From positions 192,001-256,000 of the forward strand of contig CAWJQQ010000006.1 in assembly GCA_963845065.1 (NCBI GenBank): a stretch of DNA of 64,000 nucleotides, in the 5' to 3' direction. The position numbers and the translations under genes are program-made. Source of the DNA: Nitrospirota bacterium (GTDB taxonomy: Bacteria > Nitrospirota > UBA9217). The notes under the pieces were generated by a model. It did no database searches and was not told where the DNA came from. It saw nothing but the letters and a program-made list of their open reading frames with translations. Shown piece by piece: positions 50,211 through 60,469 of the stretch (the first letter of the stretch is position 1; the number at the start of each line of letters is the position of its first letter).

Positions 50211-51695
50211 ATGAACCCTCCTCCCATACGATCCGAGGATGAGCAGTTCCGCACACCCTTGTTTGACGCTATGGTCAATCTTGCGGAGAGCCGCAAGGTA
50301 TCCTTCCACACCCCCGGACATAAAAGCGGTAAAGGCATAACTACCCGCTTCCGCAAGTTCGTGGGACCGCGCATTTTTTCCATCGACTTAACCACCCTTG
50401 ACGAAGTAGACTCCTTGCAGAACCCTACCGGCGTGATTAAAGAAGCCCAGGAACTGGCTGCTAAGGCAGCTGGGGCGGACCGCTCCTACTTTCTTGTGAA
50501 TGGAACGACCGTAGGCAACCATGCCATGGTGGCGTCCACAACCGGTCCTGGGGACAAGGTCCTGATAGCCAGAAATTGCCACCGTTCAGTACTTACCGGT
50601 CTCATCATGAGCGGCGCCCAACCGATCTTTTTCCAACCAGCTTTTGACCGGGACTTGAAGCTTACCCTGAACGTCAAATTCGAAACCGTAAGGCAGGCAA
50701 TTGATGCAAACCCGGGTGCCCGTGCTCTACTGATCACTAGCCCCGACTATTATGGGCTCTGCGCAGACATTGAAAAAATCATACCCTATGCTCACGAGAA
50801 GGGCCTTATCGTGTTCGTGGACGAAGCTCACGGTCCGCATCTCAAGTTCAACCCCAAGTTACCCAAATGTGCCCTGGAATCCGGTGCTGACCTTTGCGTC
50901 CAATCTACCCACAAGATCGTCGGCGGCATGACTCAGGCGTCAATGCTCCATATAAAGGCAGGCAGAATCAATATCGACGACGTGACGAACACACTTAAAC
51001 TCCTCCAAACCACGAGCCCCTCCTACATCCTGATGGCGTCTTTGGACCTAGCTCGGATGCAGATGGCGACAGAGGGCAAGAAGCTCCTTAATCGGACTAT
51101 CAAACTCGCCGAGGAAGCCAGATCCAAAATCCAGAAAATCAACGGCATCGGCTGCTTTGGCAGGGAGGAGGCGAAGGCTGTCGGCATGGCTGACATGGAC
51201 GTGACGAAACTAACGATCACAGTATCGGATATGGGGCTTTCCGGCTACCACGTGTCCCAGTTCTTGAATAACAAATTCGGCATTCAGGTTGAGATGGCCG
51301 ACCCCTTTCATGTGCTTGTTATTGTTTCAATCGGCGACCGGCAGGACGACCTTGACCGTCTAGTGGAAGCCCTCCAGCAGATATCAGCAGAGACAGGACT
51401 TCAGGGAGCGCTCCTTCCCCTAGATAAGGTCCATCCGCCAATGCTTCAGAACCGCTACGCCATGACCCCGCGTAAGGCGTTCTATTCAGATAGTGAGTTG
51501 GTAAATGTGAAAGATTCCGTTGGCAGAGTTACAACGGAAATCGTGACCGTCTACCCTCCCGGCATCCCGCTGCTCGTGCCCGGTGAAGAGATCTCCCAAG
51601 ACGCTATAGACTACCTCCAGAACATGGCCGGCTTGGGTGCTATCATCGATGGCTTGAACGAGAACAACAGCCTCGTGCGCGTGGCAAAAGTATAA
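50211..51695 (+). CDS. Arginine/lysine/ornithine decarboxylase (AAT-fold, Bacillus SpeA-like)
   Basis: SFHTPGHK, FLVNGTT, RNCHRS, VDEAHG, QSTHK, TTSPSY, YPPGIP. Confidence 0.92.
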   Translation: MNPPPIRSEDEQFRTPLFDAMVNLAESRKVSFHTPGHKSGKGITTRFRKFVGPRIFSIDLTTLDEVDSLQNPTGVIKEAQELAAKAAGADRSYFLVNGTTVGNHAMVASTTGPGDKVLIARNCHRSVLTGLIMSGAQPIFFQPAFDRDLKLTLNVKFETVRQAIDANPGARALLITSPDYYGLCADIEKIIPYAHEKGLIVFVDEAHGPHLKFNPKLPKCALESGADLCVQSTHKIVGGMTQASMLHIKAGRINIDDVTNTLKLLQTTSPSYILMASLDLARMQMATEGKKLLNRTIKLAEEARSKIQKINGIGCFGREEAKAVGMADMDVTKLTITVSDMGLSGYHVSQFLNNKFGIQVEMADPFHVLVIVSIGDRQDDLDRLVEALQQISAETGLQGALLPLDKVHPPMLQNRYAMTPRKAFYSDSELVNVKDSVGRVTTEIVTVYPPGIPLLVPGEEISQDAIDYLQNMAGLGAIIDGLNENNSLVRVAKV

Positions 51696-51961
51696 TTCTG
51701 CACATTAGACATGTAATTTACACAAGGCGAATCTGTCTTTCCCTTCTCTTTTTTTACTCTATTCTTGCCACTCTTTTCTTAAAGTAATGTAATCACCTAT
51801 CCGGTAGCCCTGCACCTATCAGACACTATATTACCTATTTCATCGGCATTCCAGTGCATCGGTGACAAATTTTAATTATCCCAATCACGATATATTTTCA
51901 CATCCCGCTAGAGCATTAAAAAAGATAAAGACTTCTTGTGAATTGTGAGAGGAGCTACCAG

Positions 51962-52834
51962 ATGAAAACACTGATCATGTGGAACAGGTCTGGTAGGAAG
52001 CACGGTGTTATCTGGTCTACTGATGCGACGAGAATCCGTACGGATATTGAGTTATTCCCCGGATAAGCTAAAAAACTATCCAAAAACGTGGAAGGGGTAA
52101 GGGCGGACCTCGATGATCTTCATACGCTCGCTGCAATATTCGACGGCACGCCAACATATTCCTGCTGATTGCATTGGGACCGAACGAAAGCGAAGAAGGG
52201 CTCCTTACCGTGTCTGCAGCAAAGGCAGCTAAAGTAGCGAAGATTGTCTGTCTGTCAGCATACCTGAAGGGTCGAATAGAATACCGCACTTCAAAAACAA
52301 AATTCCGGCGGAGAATGCTATCAAGAATTCGATGATGGCGTATACGATCCTCCATCCGAACAATTTCTTCCAAAACGACCTGTGATTGAAGGACAGAATT
52401 CTGCAATATATCATCTATCCACAACCATAGGCCGCAACGGCCTTAACCGGGTCGATGTGCGCGATATTGCAGACAGCGCAATAACCTCACCCACGAAATC
52501 TGGTCACGAAGGCAGGACGTATGACGTCCACGGACCAATTACGATGACCAGCGAATTAACAGCCAGAACGTATTCAAACGAATTTGAAAAGGAAATTCGC
52601 TACGGCAGTGACGACCTCGATGTCTAGCCAGAAAAATCAAAAGGTATGAGGCTGCAGTTACTGATCGCTGACATGCGCTTTATATACCGGTTTCTCTAGA
52701 ACAATGTAATGATCTCCACTAAGAATGATGTCGAAATTACCGAGAAGCCCCTTGGCCGCAAGCTGTTCTCCTTTGATGACTTCTTAAAGGAGTTCGCTAT
52801 AGAGTGGAGAAGCAAAGCACCGCAGGCTGCATAA
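51962..52834 (+). pseudogene. NmrA/NAD(P)H-binding SDR family protein, multiply frameshifted
   Basis: SD GAGGAG and ATG 51962; fragments GTGLVGSTVL, RADLDD, IPHFKNK, YTILHPNNFFQND, RVDVRDIAD, GHEGRTYDVHGP, LGRKLFSFDDF in different frames. Confidence 0.85.
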
Positions 52835-53072
52835 ACGTCAGATTCATGATACCGAATGCCGATAGAGCAGTATCCGGTATTTTTGGACTTTTGCACCTGC
52901 TTAACCCACCCTGCCAACGACTCAGTCTTTTCGTTCTGAATCTTGGGATACGTACTTTCGTTATGCCCCTAATTTCCGCACTCCCTACACCCTTATTTTG
53001 AATTGAAAATTGTCCTTTGGCATGGCATAATCGCAGAAAGTTCAACAGGTACACAGCGTAAAGGAGCGCTCC

Positions 53073-54314
53073 ATGCTTATCCAACCATTGCTCGGCATCA
53101 TAATATTCCTTGGAATCGCCTGGAGCATCAGCGAACAAAGGAATAAGGTAAAATACACGACGATTCTCTCCGGCATTTTGGTTCAATTCGCAATAGCTGG
53201 GATCTTGCTTTATATTCCAATATTCAAAAAATTTTTCATGTTCTTAAACAACGTTGTCCTATCGCTTGAAGCTGCGACCAAGGCAGGTACGTCCTTCGTG
53301 TTTGGATACATTGGCGGCGGGACACCGCCCTTCCTTCTCCAAGACCCAGGGTCAAACTTCATTCTCGCTTTTCAGGCATTGCCACTGGTCCTTGTGATCG
53401 GTGCGCTCTCGTCGCTTCTTTTCTACTGGAAGGTACTTCCCACTGTCGTTAAAGGCTTTTCCTTCCTGCTTCAGAAGACTATGAACATCGGCGGTGCACT
53501 AGGTTTAGGCGCTTCTACAACGATTTTCCTCGGCATGATAGAGGCTCCGCTTGTGATCAAGCCCTATCTAAAAAGTATGACACGGAGCGAGCTTTTTTCG
53601 CTCATGACCGTAGGCATGGCCTGCATTGCCGGCACTGTGATGATCCTCTATGCCACAATCCTTAACAATGTGATCCCCGATCCCTTGGGCCATATCCTCG
53701 TCGCATCATTCATACATGTAGCGGCTGCTATTACGGTTGCGCGCATTATGGTGCCCGAAACCGGCGAAGAGACAGCTGGGAACCTTCTGCCACTGCCCGC
53801 AGCAACAAGTTCTATGGACGCCGTTGTCAAGGGGACTTTAGATGGCCTTCAGCTCCTCCTCAATATCATCGCCATGCTCGTAGTGATGGTTGCTCTCGTG
53901 CACCTTGCAAATACGCTCATTGGTCTTCTTCCGAATGTTGCTGGACGCCCGCTTACGCTCCAGAGAATCCTCGGATTCGTCATGGCCCCCATCGTCTGGC
54001 TTTTCGGCATCCCTTGGCCTCAGGCACAGACGGCTGGCTTTCTCATGGGTACTAAAACTATCCTGAACGAATTGCTTGCGTTCCTCGAAATGGTAAACCT
54101 CCCACCAGGCGCACTTGACGACCGCAGCCGTTTGATCATGACTTATGCACTCAGTAGTTTCGCGAACTTTGGTAGCTTGGGCATCCTTATCGGCGGTCTC
54201 GGCAGTCTAGCGCCTGAACGACGAGAAGAAGTTGTCAACCTCGGGATGAAGGCAATCGTAGCTGGCACGCTCGCCACGTGCATGACCGGTGCAGTGATCG
54301 GAATATTTACATAA
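53073..54314 (+). CDS. Concentrative nucleoside transporter (CNT/NupC family)
   Basis: GTSFVFG, FLGMIEAPL, IAGTV, GTKTILNE, SFANFGSLGILIGG. Confidence 0.95.
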   Translation: MLIQPLLGIIIFLGIAWSISEQRNKVKYTTILSGILVQFAIAGILLYIPIFKKFFMFLNNVVLSLEAATKAGTSFVFGYIGGGTPPFLLQDPGSNFILAFQALPLVLVIGALSSLLFYWKVLPTVVKGFSFLLQKTMNIGGALGLGASTTIFLGMIEAPLVIKPYLKSMTRSELFSLMTVGMACIAGTVMILYATILNNVIPDPLGHILVASFIHVAAAITVARIMVPETGEETAGNLLPLPAATSSMDAVVKGTLDGLQLLLNIIAMLVVMVALVHLANTLIGLLPNVAGRPLTLQRILGFVMAPIVWLFGIPWPQAQTAGFLMGTKTILNELLAFLEMVNLPPGALDDRSRLIMTYALSSFANFGSLGILIGGLGSLAPERREEVVNLGMKAIVAGTLATCMTGAVIGIFT

Positions 54315-54425
54315 ACGCAAGAAAGCACTTGAACAGTCACGTCGCGGTTTAATATACTCAAGATTGTCGTTTTTTTTTGTCTCTGAAGATATACCCTTTC
54401 GCAAATCATTCTGGTATAATCAAGT

Positions 54426-56039
54426 ATGAATTTTTTCAGCTTGGGTGGTCGGTTCATTCGGGGCATAAATCTATTCTTCAGGTTTCTCCTGAGCTACAAA
54501 TTTAATTCACTCAGGAATATCTTCGCCTCTCCAGACCTTAGACAAGTGCGCTTGAAGCGGCTCCACGCTAAAAACGCGCGCATGCTGCGCGAACATATGA
54601 TTGCTATGCGCGGTGTCCTCATCAAGATTGGCCAGTTTCTGTCTTCTCGCGTTGATATCCTTCCCGAGGAATACACCGACGAACTCTCGAAGCTCCAGGA
54701 CCAGGTGCCGCCGGCACCGTTCCATGCCATCGCGCAGAGGATCACCGACGAGTTGGGCCCGGTGGATAAAATTTTCTCTTCTTTTACCGAAGTTCCGATA
54801 GCGTCTGCGTCGATCGGTCAAGTTCACCGCGCTTGCCTCATGGACGGTGAATGCATCGTAATCAAGGTCCAGTACCCTGGCATCGAGGAAGTGATCGCTG
54901 CCGATATGCGGACGGTCAAGTTCATCGTCAGGATTCTGCGAATGCTTTACCGTCAGATCAACTTGGATGTCATCTTTTCCGAATTCTCGCGCATCTTGCT
55001 GGAAGAGCTCGATTACCTTCAGGAAGGGAAAAATGCTGAGACCTTCGCAAGCAACTTTAGCGAGAGTAAGACAATAGATATTCCTCTTGTTTACTGGCCT
55101 TTTACAACCTCCAAGATTCTTGCGCTCGAATATCTCGAAGGTATAAAAATCACAGACTTCGATGCCATCGACCGCGCAGGGATTGACCGGAAGGCAACTG
55201 CCCGCATATTGGCGGAAGCCTATGCCCAGATGTTCTTTCTTGACGGTTTGTTCCACGGTGATCCGCACCCCGGCAACATCTTTGTCCGTCCGGGACCCCA
55301 GATCATCTTGGTAGATTTCGGCATGGTTGATCGCATCACAGCCCAGCGACGGGAAGGATTGCGGCGTGGGTTTTCCGCAATTGTTGAGCGGGATGCTTTG
55401 GGCTTGGTTCGGACTCTCGTGGACCAGGGGTTCATACCGCTGACTAAAGACATCCAGCCTTTCGTGCATTTCGTTGACAGGATCTTTCAAAAATATCGTG
55501 ACATGTCGGCGTCTGAGTTCAAGGCCATGGACATTAACGACATCGGCCGCGACATCCAGGAGGCTCTCCAACTTTCCCCCTCAATACAAATACCGAACGA
55601 CTTCATCCTTTTCGGCCGCGTCATCGGAATGTTGAACGGTCTCAGCTCGCGTCTCGATCCCGACACGAACATCATCGAGATCGCAGCGCCTTTTGCCAAG
55701 CGATTCATCAAATCCGACGAATTTACCGCCACCGGAATGCTTATTCATGCCGGTGCAACGGGGCGGGCCTTGCTGAGGCTGCCGAAGCTTTTATCCGATT
55801 TTATCGTAACCACGAGCCGCGGCGAGACACGCGTGGAGATCACGTCGAGGGACATTGTGGAGGAACTCAGAAAAATATCTAGCATCGGAAAAGGCTTTGT
55901 CTTTGCCATCCTCGCGGTAGGGGCAGGCATAGGCGCAGTCGAGCTGCGCATTAATCATTTCGAATCGGAGAGCATGTGGGCTACCGTTGCCTGCGGTATT
56001 CTCTTCATGTTGCTTTTGATTTCTCTTCGGGAAAAGTAA
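54426..56039 (+). CDS. AarF/UbiB/ABC1 family atypical kinase
   Basis: IKIGQ.LSSR, LQD, ASASIGQVH, IKVQYPG, ELDY, FHGDPHPGN, DFGM; C-terminal TM pair. Confidence 0.93.
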   Translation: MNFFSLGGRFIRGINLFFRFLLSYKFNSLRNIFASPDLRQVRLKRLHAKNARMLREHMIAMRGVLIKIGQFLSSRVDILPEEYTDELSKLQDQVPPAPFHAIAQRITDELGPVDKIFSSFTEVPIASASIGQVHRACLMDGECIVIKVQYPGIEEVIAADMRTVKFIVRILRMLYRQINLDVIFSEFSRILLEELDYLQEGKNAETFASNFSESKTIDIPLVYWPFTTSKILALEYLEGIKITDFDAIDRAGIDRKATARILAEAYAQMFFLDGLFHGDPHPGNIFVRPGPQIILVDFGMVDRITAQRREGLRRGFSAIVERDALGLVRTLVDQGFIPLTKDIQPFVHFVDRIFQKYRDMSASEFKAMDINDIGRDIQEALQLSPSIQIPNDFILFGRVIGMLNGLSSRLDPDTNIIEIAAPFAKRFIKSDEFTATGMLIHAGATGRALLRLPKLLSDFIVTTSRGETRVEITSRDIVEELRKISSIGKGFVFAILAVGAGIGAVELRINHFESESMWATVACGILFMLLLISLREK

Positions 56040-56165
56040 CGGTACCTGATCCTTCTTGCTCGCTACTTCCATCATTCCGCACTTTCCCAATTGGGTTGAA
56101 CCTGTGGAAGGGGCTAGCGCCGTTCCTGTTGTCTAAAGGAAAACGAAGCTGCAAGGCCGAATTAG

Positions 56166-56945
56166 TTATGAGACGCTGAGGACCTCAGATGCGCTGTATC
56201 GGTCTGCGACATAGAGGGTAAGTTTTTCTGACATGACCTTGCGGTGGGTCTTGAGAGCAACGTCAGGATGATTGTTTTGTTCAGAGAGATGGGCAAGACA
56301 GGCCCATTTAAGGCGATTCGAAAGGGATGCATGGAGCAGCACTTCTGCAGCTTCGATATTTGAAATGTGGCCGCGCGGGCCTTTAATCCGCTTCTTTAGA
56401 TATGCGGGATAGGGCCCGAGCGCGAGCATTTCGGGATCGTAGTTGCTCTCGAGGAATACGGCGTCGAGTGAAGCCACGATGTGCACGAGGCCCTTGAACA
56501 CATGACCCAGATCCGTGAAGATCCCCAGCCGTTTTTTACCGGCCTCGACTACGAATGCTGATCCATCTACGCCGTCATGGGGTGTGGGAATCGTATAAAC
56601 GATCACGTCGCCGATTTTCAATTTATCATTTGACCGGAAGTGTCGTACGTCTTTCATTTTCCCGAGTGCGCAACGTGACGATGCTGCTGCCAGCGTCGCT
56701 GGCGTCACAAAGACGGGTAGACCGTATTTCCGCTGCAGCACTCCTGCATGCCGGACGTGGTCGGAATGGTCGTGCGAGATGATCACAGCGTCTACGTCGC
56801 GAATATTACGGCCTTGTGCTCTGAGTCGCTCCTCTGCCTGCACCCCGCTGATGCCTGCGTCGAAAAGCAGCCTTGTGCCTTCGGTCTCGACATAGATACA
56901 GTTGCCACTGCTGCCTGACTGGAGAGACATTGCAATCATGGTCAT
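56166..56945 (-). CDS. MBL-fold metallo-hydrolase (YycJ/WalJ-like)
   Basis: SGSSGN, DAG, SHDHSDH, PHD, TDLG, ESNYD, GHISN, HLSEQNN. Confidence 0.92.
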   Translation of the reverse strand: MTMIAMSLQSGSSGNCIYVETEGTRLLFDAGISGVQAEERLRAQGRNIRDVDAVIISHDHSDHVRHAGVLQRKYGLPVFVTPATLAAASSRCALGKMKDVRHFRSNDKLKIGDVIVYTIPTPHDGVDGSAFVVEAGKKRLGIFTDLGHVFKGLVHIVASLDAVFLESNYDPEMLALGPYPAYLKKRIKGPRGHISNIEAAEVLLHASLSNRLKWACLAHLSEQNNHPDVALKTHRKVMSEKLTLYVADRYSASEVLSVS

Positions 56946-57242
56946 GACAAATGCACTTTATCAGCCCAGCAGACGTTTGTCAACTGAAACACTATATAGG
57001 GCACAAACTTCAAAACAGTTCTCAATTCACCTTCGGCAAGCTCAGGCTCAAACGATTTGTCAGTAAAATTGCCGAGTACAAATCGCTTATGATGAGCCTA
57101 TCAAATTATGTGAACGTTTTTTGCTTCGGTTTATTGAGAAAAATCTTCTTCTGGGCTGCCGATTATTCTCTGTGATGCCAACGTTTACACGCACCGTCAT
57201 TTCCGATGCTAAACACAGGGTCTTTGACGGAACCGGAGATTA

Positions 57243-57974
57243 ATGCAAAACCACTCACTGCTCGACAGAGTTAGCATAGTCCTCGTAAACACCAAAACAC
57301 CGGCTAATATCGGTGCGACCGCTCGGTGTATGATGAATACAGGCCTCTCACGCCTCGTTCTCGTGAATCCACCCCATGACGACAACGGCGATGCCTCCAG
57401 ACTTGCTGCAGGTGCTGACCATATTTTGCAACAGGCGCAGGTCTTCTCCTCGCTTGCGGAAGCAGTCAACGGCCAGGGTTTGGTTATTGGCACATCGCGT
57501 CGGAAAAGCAAGCGACGGAAGAACATCCTGTTACCGCACGATATGGCTATGAGCATTGTCCCTCTCCTTGCTCTGAATAACGTGGCGATTGTCTTTGGCA
57601 ATGAAGTAACCGGGTTAGAGCTCCGCGACATCACGCTTTGCCATGAATTGGTATCAATACCCTCTGCTGAATCATTTCCATCGTTGAACCTTTCCCATGC
57701 CGTTATGATAGTTGCCTACGAGTTGTTTGTGACCGCAGGTGCGCCTGCGATGCCTTCGACCGAAAAGCTTGCGCGCACAGAAGACGTGGAGCTTTTTTAT
57801 TGCCGTTTGCAGGAGACGCTTCAAGCTATTGGCTTCTTTAACGACCAGGATTCCATCCGTATAATGCACTCGCTCAGGCAAATATTCGGCAGGTCTCGGC
57901 TGGACAGTCGGGACGTGCAAATTTTGCAGGGAATTCTTTCTACTTTCAAAAGGATGCTTAGGAACGATACCTAA
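57243..57974 (+). CDS. trmJ: TrmJ/LasT family SPOUT RNA methyltransferase
   Basis: PANIGATAR, VFGNEVTGL, SLNLSHAV; C-terminal TrmJ helical domain. Confidence 0.88.
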   Translation: MQNHSLLDRVSIVLVNTKTPANIGATARCMMNTGLSRLVLVNPPHDDNGDASRLAAGADHILQQAQVFSSLAEAVNGQGLVIGTSRRKSKRRKNILLPHDMAMSIVPLLALNNVAIVFGNEVTGLELRDITLCHELVSIPSAESFPSLNLSHAVMIVAYELFVTAGAPAMPSTEKLARTEDVELFYCRLQETLQAIGFFNDQDSIRIMHSLRQIFGRSRLDSRDVQILQGILSTFKRMLRNDT

Positions 57975-58073
57975 TGTTGTTACCTGCCGGTGCATTGAGT
58001 AAAATCTACACACTTCTTTTTTCTTTTTCCATCAACCTACAATTATCAATTAATGTCTAGCCACACATTCTGG

Positions 58074-58102
58074 TTGACAAGTGTCGTCATTAAAATTATA
58101 TT
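58074..58102 (+). promoter_or_regulatory. Sigma70-type promoter
   Basis: TTGACA-17-TATATT. Confidence 0.6.
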
Positions 58103-58257
58103 ATTGTCAAAAAATTAATAATTGGTGGTTTGTTGTTTGATATTTATGATACATGTCTCAATAAAATTTTGTTGTCAATCATTTTTCTTTATGGACAAGG
58201 GGCAGATAATGGGTACACCAGCAGATTTTTCTGCTGTTATCGCTACATCTTTAGTAT

Positions 58258-58490
58258 AACAAGAATGATGGGAATTAAAAAAGTGCGGATGATAAGACCA
58301 CAACTCGGTCATAAGGTTGCCGAGTTCGGCATTTTCCTGCTGCGGTTCATTAGCCATTAAACGGTGCATGTCATGGTGAAATACCAGTAGTTGATGCAGG
58401 GTCGTGTCAGATTCCCTTTGCCGAAGGTAAGATCCTGTAGACCTTTGTACAAAAACTTACAAATTGTTGTCGTTATATGTCCTTGAAGCG
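58258..58490 (+). pseudogene. Second, more eroded two-CW paralog directly upstream of the intact copy
   Basis: KN/WELKKCG...GHKVAEFGI/PAAVH*PLNG...C.VVS.SLC/GKI./TFVQKLTNCCR across frameshifts, collinear with 58659-59033. Confidence 0.7.
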
Positions 58491-58658
58491 AATAAATAGG
58501 CGGAGGACGGACTACTTTCAACTTTTCCCATGCGACTTGGAAACGAAAACGACGGTGGCAACAATCCTCTTCACTCGAGCACCGTTTCTACGATGCAGTG
58601 AAACAGAATAAATGTTTGTTTTGATTGCAATCCATAAGGGGAGGATTATTAGAAAGAT

Positions 58659-59033
58659 ATGAAAAAGTTAAATTGCTGGGAGCATAAGAAATGCGGCCGT
58701 CAGCCGGGCGGCCATAAGGCACAGGAACTCGGCATATGTCCTGTCACCACCTATACAGACCTGCATGGTGTACATGGCGGGGCTAATGCCGGTAGGGCAT
58801 GCTGGGCAATAGCCGGATCGTTGTGCGGTGGCAAAATCCAGGGGACGTATGCTCAAAAACTGACCAACTGCTGGAGGTGCGATTTTATGAATGTCGTTAA
58901 GCAGGAGGAAGCACCTACCCCACTCGGCTTTTCTGCCACGCGTCTCGGTCTGGACAAAGCCCTGGAAAAACAGCGGCTCATGGAAGACGACACTATTACC
59001 AAAGCAAGAATGGCGCAGGTAGAGCAGCACTAA
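58659..59033 (+). CDS. Two-CW domain-containing Cys-rich protein
   Basis: NCWEHKKC, CP, HGGANAGRACW.IAGSLC, CWRCDF; SD GGAGG. Confidence 0.88.
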   Translation: MKKLNCWEHKKCGRQPGGHKAQELGICPVTTYTDLHGVHGGANAGRACWAIAGSLCGGKIQGTYAQKLTNCWRCDFMNVVKQEEAPTPLGFSATRLGLDKALEKQRLMEDDTITKARMAQVEQH

Positions 59034-59145
59034 GAATCGGTGTAACAATTCGTTCCTTAGTGAAGACAATTCTCGAACCTGTGGATCCAAAAAATGCGAA
59101 GATGTCGTGACTAGATGTTAATGTCTTTGTGTACTGTAGTTTTTT

Positions 59146-60264
59146 TCAGTCCGCCTGACGTCTAAGGAACGTGGGTTTGTCCAGGTCCTCACTATCGATG
59201 CCCAACGCCTCGTTCTTAAAATCGAAGGCCTCCTGCTTGCGCTTCGGCCGATCCGTGACCTTTATGAAATCCTTCAGATTCACCGGCCGTTTTACGCGCT
59301 CACGGATACCTTCTTCGTCAAACCCTGTCGCGATAACCGTAACCATTACCTCCTCACTCATCACAGGGTTGATCACTGCGCCAAAAATGATGTTAGCACC
59401 ATGATCGACCTCCTCTTTGATGATAGCTGAAGCCTCGTTGAACTCGTAGATGCCCATATCGTTGCCACCGGTGATGTTAATGAGCACCGCCCGGGCGCCC
59501 TTGATGGATCCATCTTCGAGCAAGGGGCTTGCGATCGCTTTCTGGGCTGCATCGATGGCCCGTCCCTCGCCCTTGCCGATGCCTGTACCCATCACGGCCC
59601 TGCCGCGGTTCGCCATCACAGTCTTGACGTCGGCAAAATCGACATTGACATACCCGGGCACCATCACGACATCGGAGATACCCTTAACCGCCTGTCCGAG
59701 CACGCTGTCGGCGAGTTTGAAAGACTCTAAGAGTGTGGTTTTCTTTTCCGCGAGATTAAGCAGCCGTTCGTTCGGGATCACGATGAGTGCATCGACGTTC
59801 TTCTTGAGTTCGGCAAGTCCTTCTACGGCCTTATGCATCCTGGTCATACCTTCAAAACTGAACGGTTTCGTGACCACGCCTACGGCAAGGGCGCCAACTT
59901 CACGTGCGAGGCTTGCAATCACCGGCGCAGCACCCGTCCCCGTGCCGCCGCCCATGCCTGCAGTAATGAAGACCATGTCGGCCCCGGCGAGCGCCGCTTT
60001 GATCTTTTCGGCGTCTTCAAGCGCTGCATTTCTTCCAATCTCTGGATTTGCGCCTGCCCCTCTGCCGCAGGTGAGCTTTGATCCGATCTGGAGCTTGATC
60101 GGCACCCGCGCGAGCTCCAAGGCCTGCATATCAGTGTTCACGACGATGAACTGAACGCCTTTGATGTCCGACTGAACCATGGTGACCACAGCATTGCTAC
60201 CACCTCCTCCCACGCCAATCACCTTAATAACCGCAGGCATTCTCTCTTCTTCAAACTGAAACAT
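59146..60264 (-). CDS. ftsZ: Cell division protein FtsZ (alternative in-frame start at 60372)
   Basis: IKVIGVGGGGSNAV, GGGTGTG tubulin signature, NVDFAD, C-terminal PTFLRRQAD. Confidence 0.98.
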   Translation of the reverse strand: MFQFEEERMPAVIKVIGVGGGGSNAVVTMVQSDIKGVQFIVVNTDMQALELARVPIKLQIGSKLTCGRGAGANPEIGRNAALEDAEKIKAALAGADMVFITAGMGGGTGTGAAPVIASLAREVGALAVGVVTKPFSFEGMTRMHKAVEGLAELKKNVDALIVIPNERLLNLAEKKTTLLESFKLADSVLGQAVKGISDVVMVPGYVNVDFADVKTVMANRGRAVMGTGIGKGEGRAIDAAQKAIASPLLEDGSIKGARAVLINITGGNDMGIYEFNEASAIIKEEVDHGANIIFGAVINPVMSEEVMVTVIATGFDEEGIRERVKRPVNLKDFIKVTDRPKRKQEAFDFKNEALGIDSEDLDKPTFLRRQAD

Positions 60265-60469
60265 CCCTGTAGTCCTCCTCTCCTCGCACGCTTCGGTAAG
60301 CTCCGAATGTTTATGCGAGATGGTAGCAATTTCTATGATATCCTGAAACCCGAGTTCAAGATTGTCGTCCATGTCACCTCCGGTGCTCGCGAATTAAGAA
60401 AAGTATTAATTAAAGACGAGAAAGTTAAATGGGATAGCGGCAATTTCCACTTTCACATTCATAGATACC

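Noticed and set aside
58110..58650. Long 5' UTR riboswitch or sRNA before the two-CW gene
   Set aside because: No known aptamer core seen; much of the interval is explained by a decayed tandem paralog.
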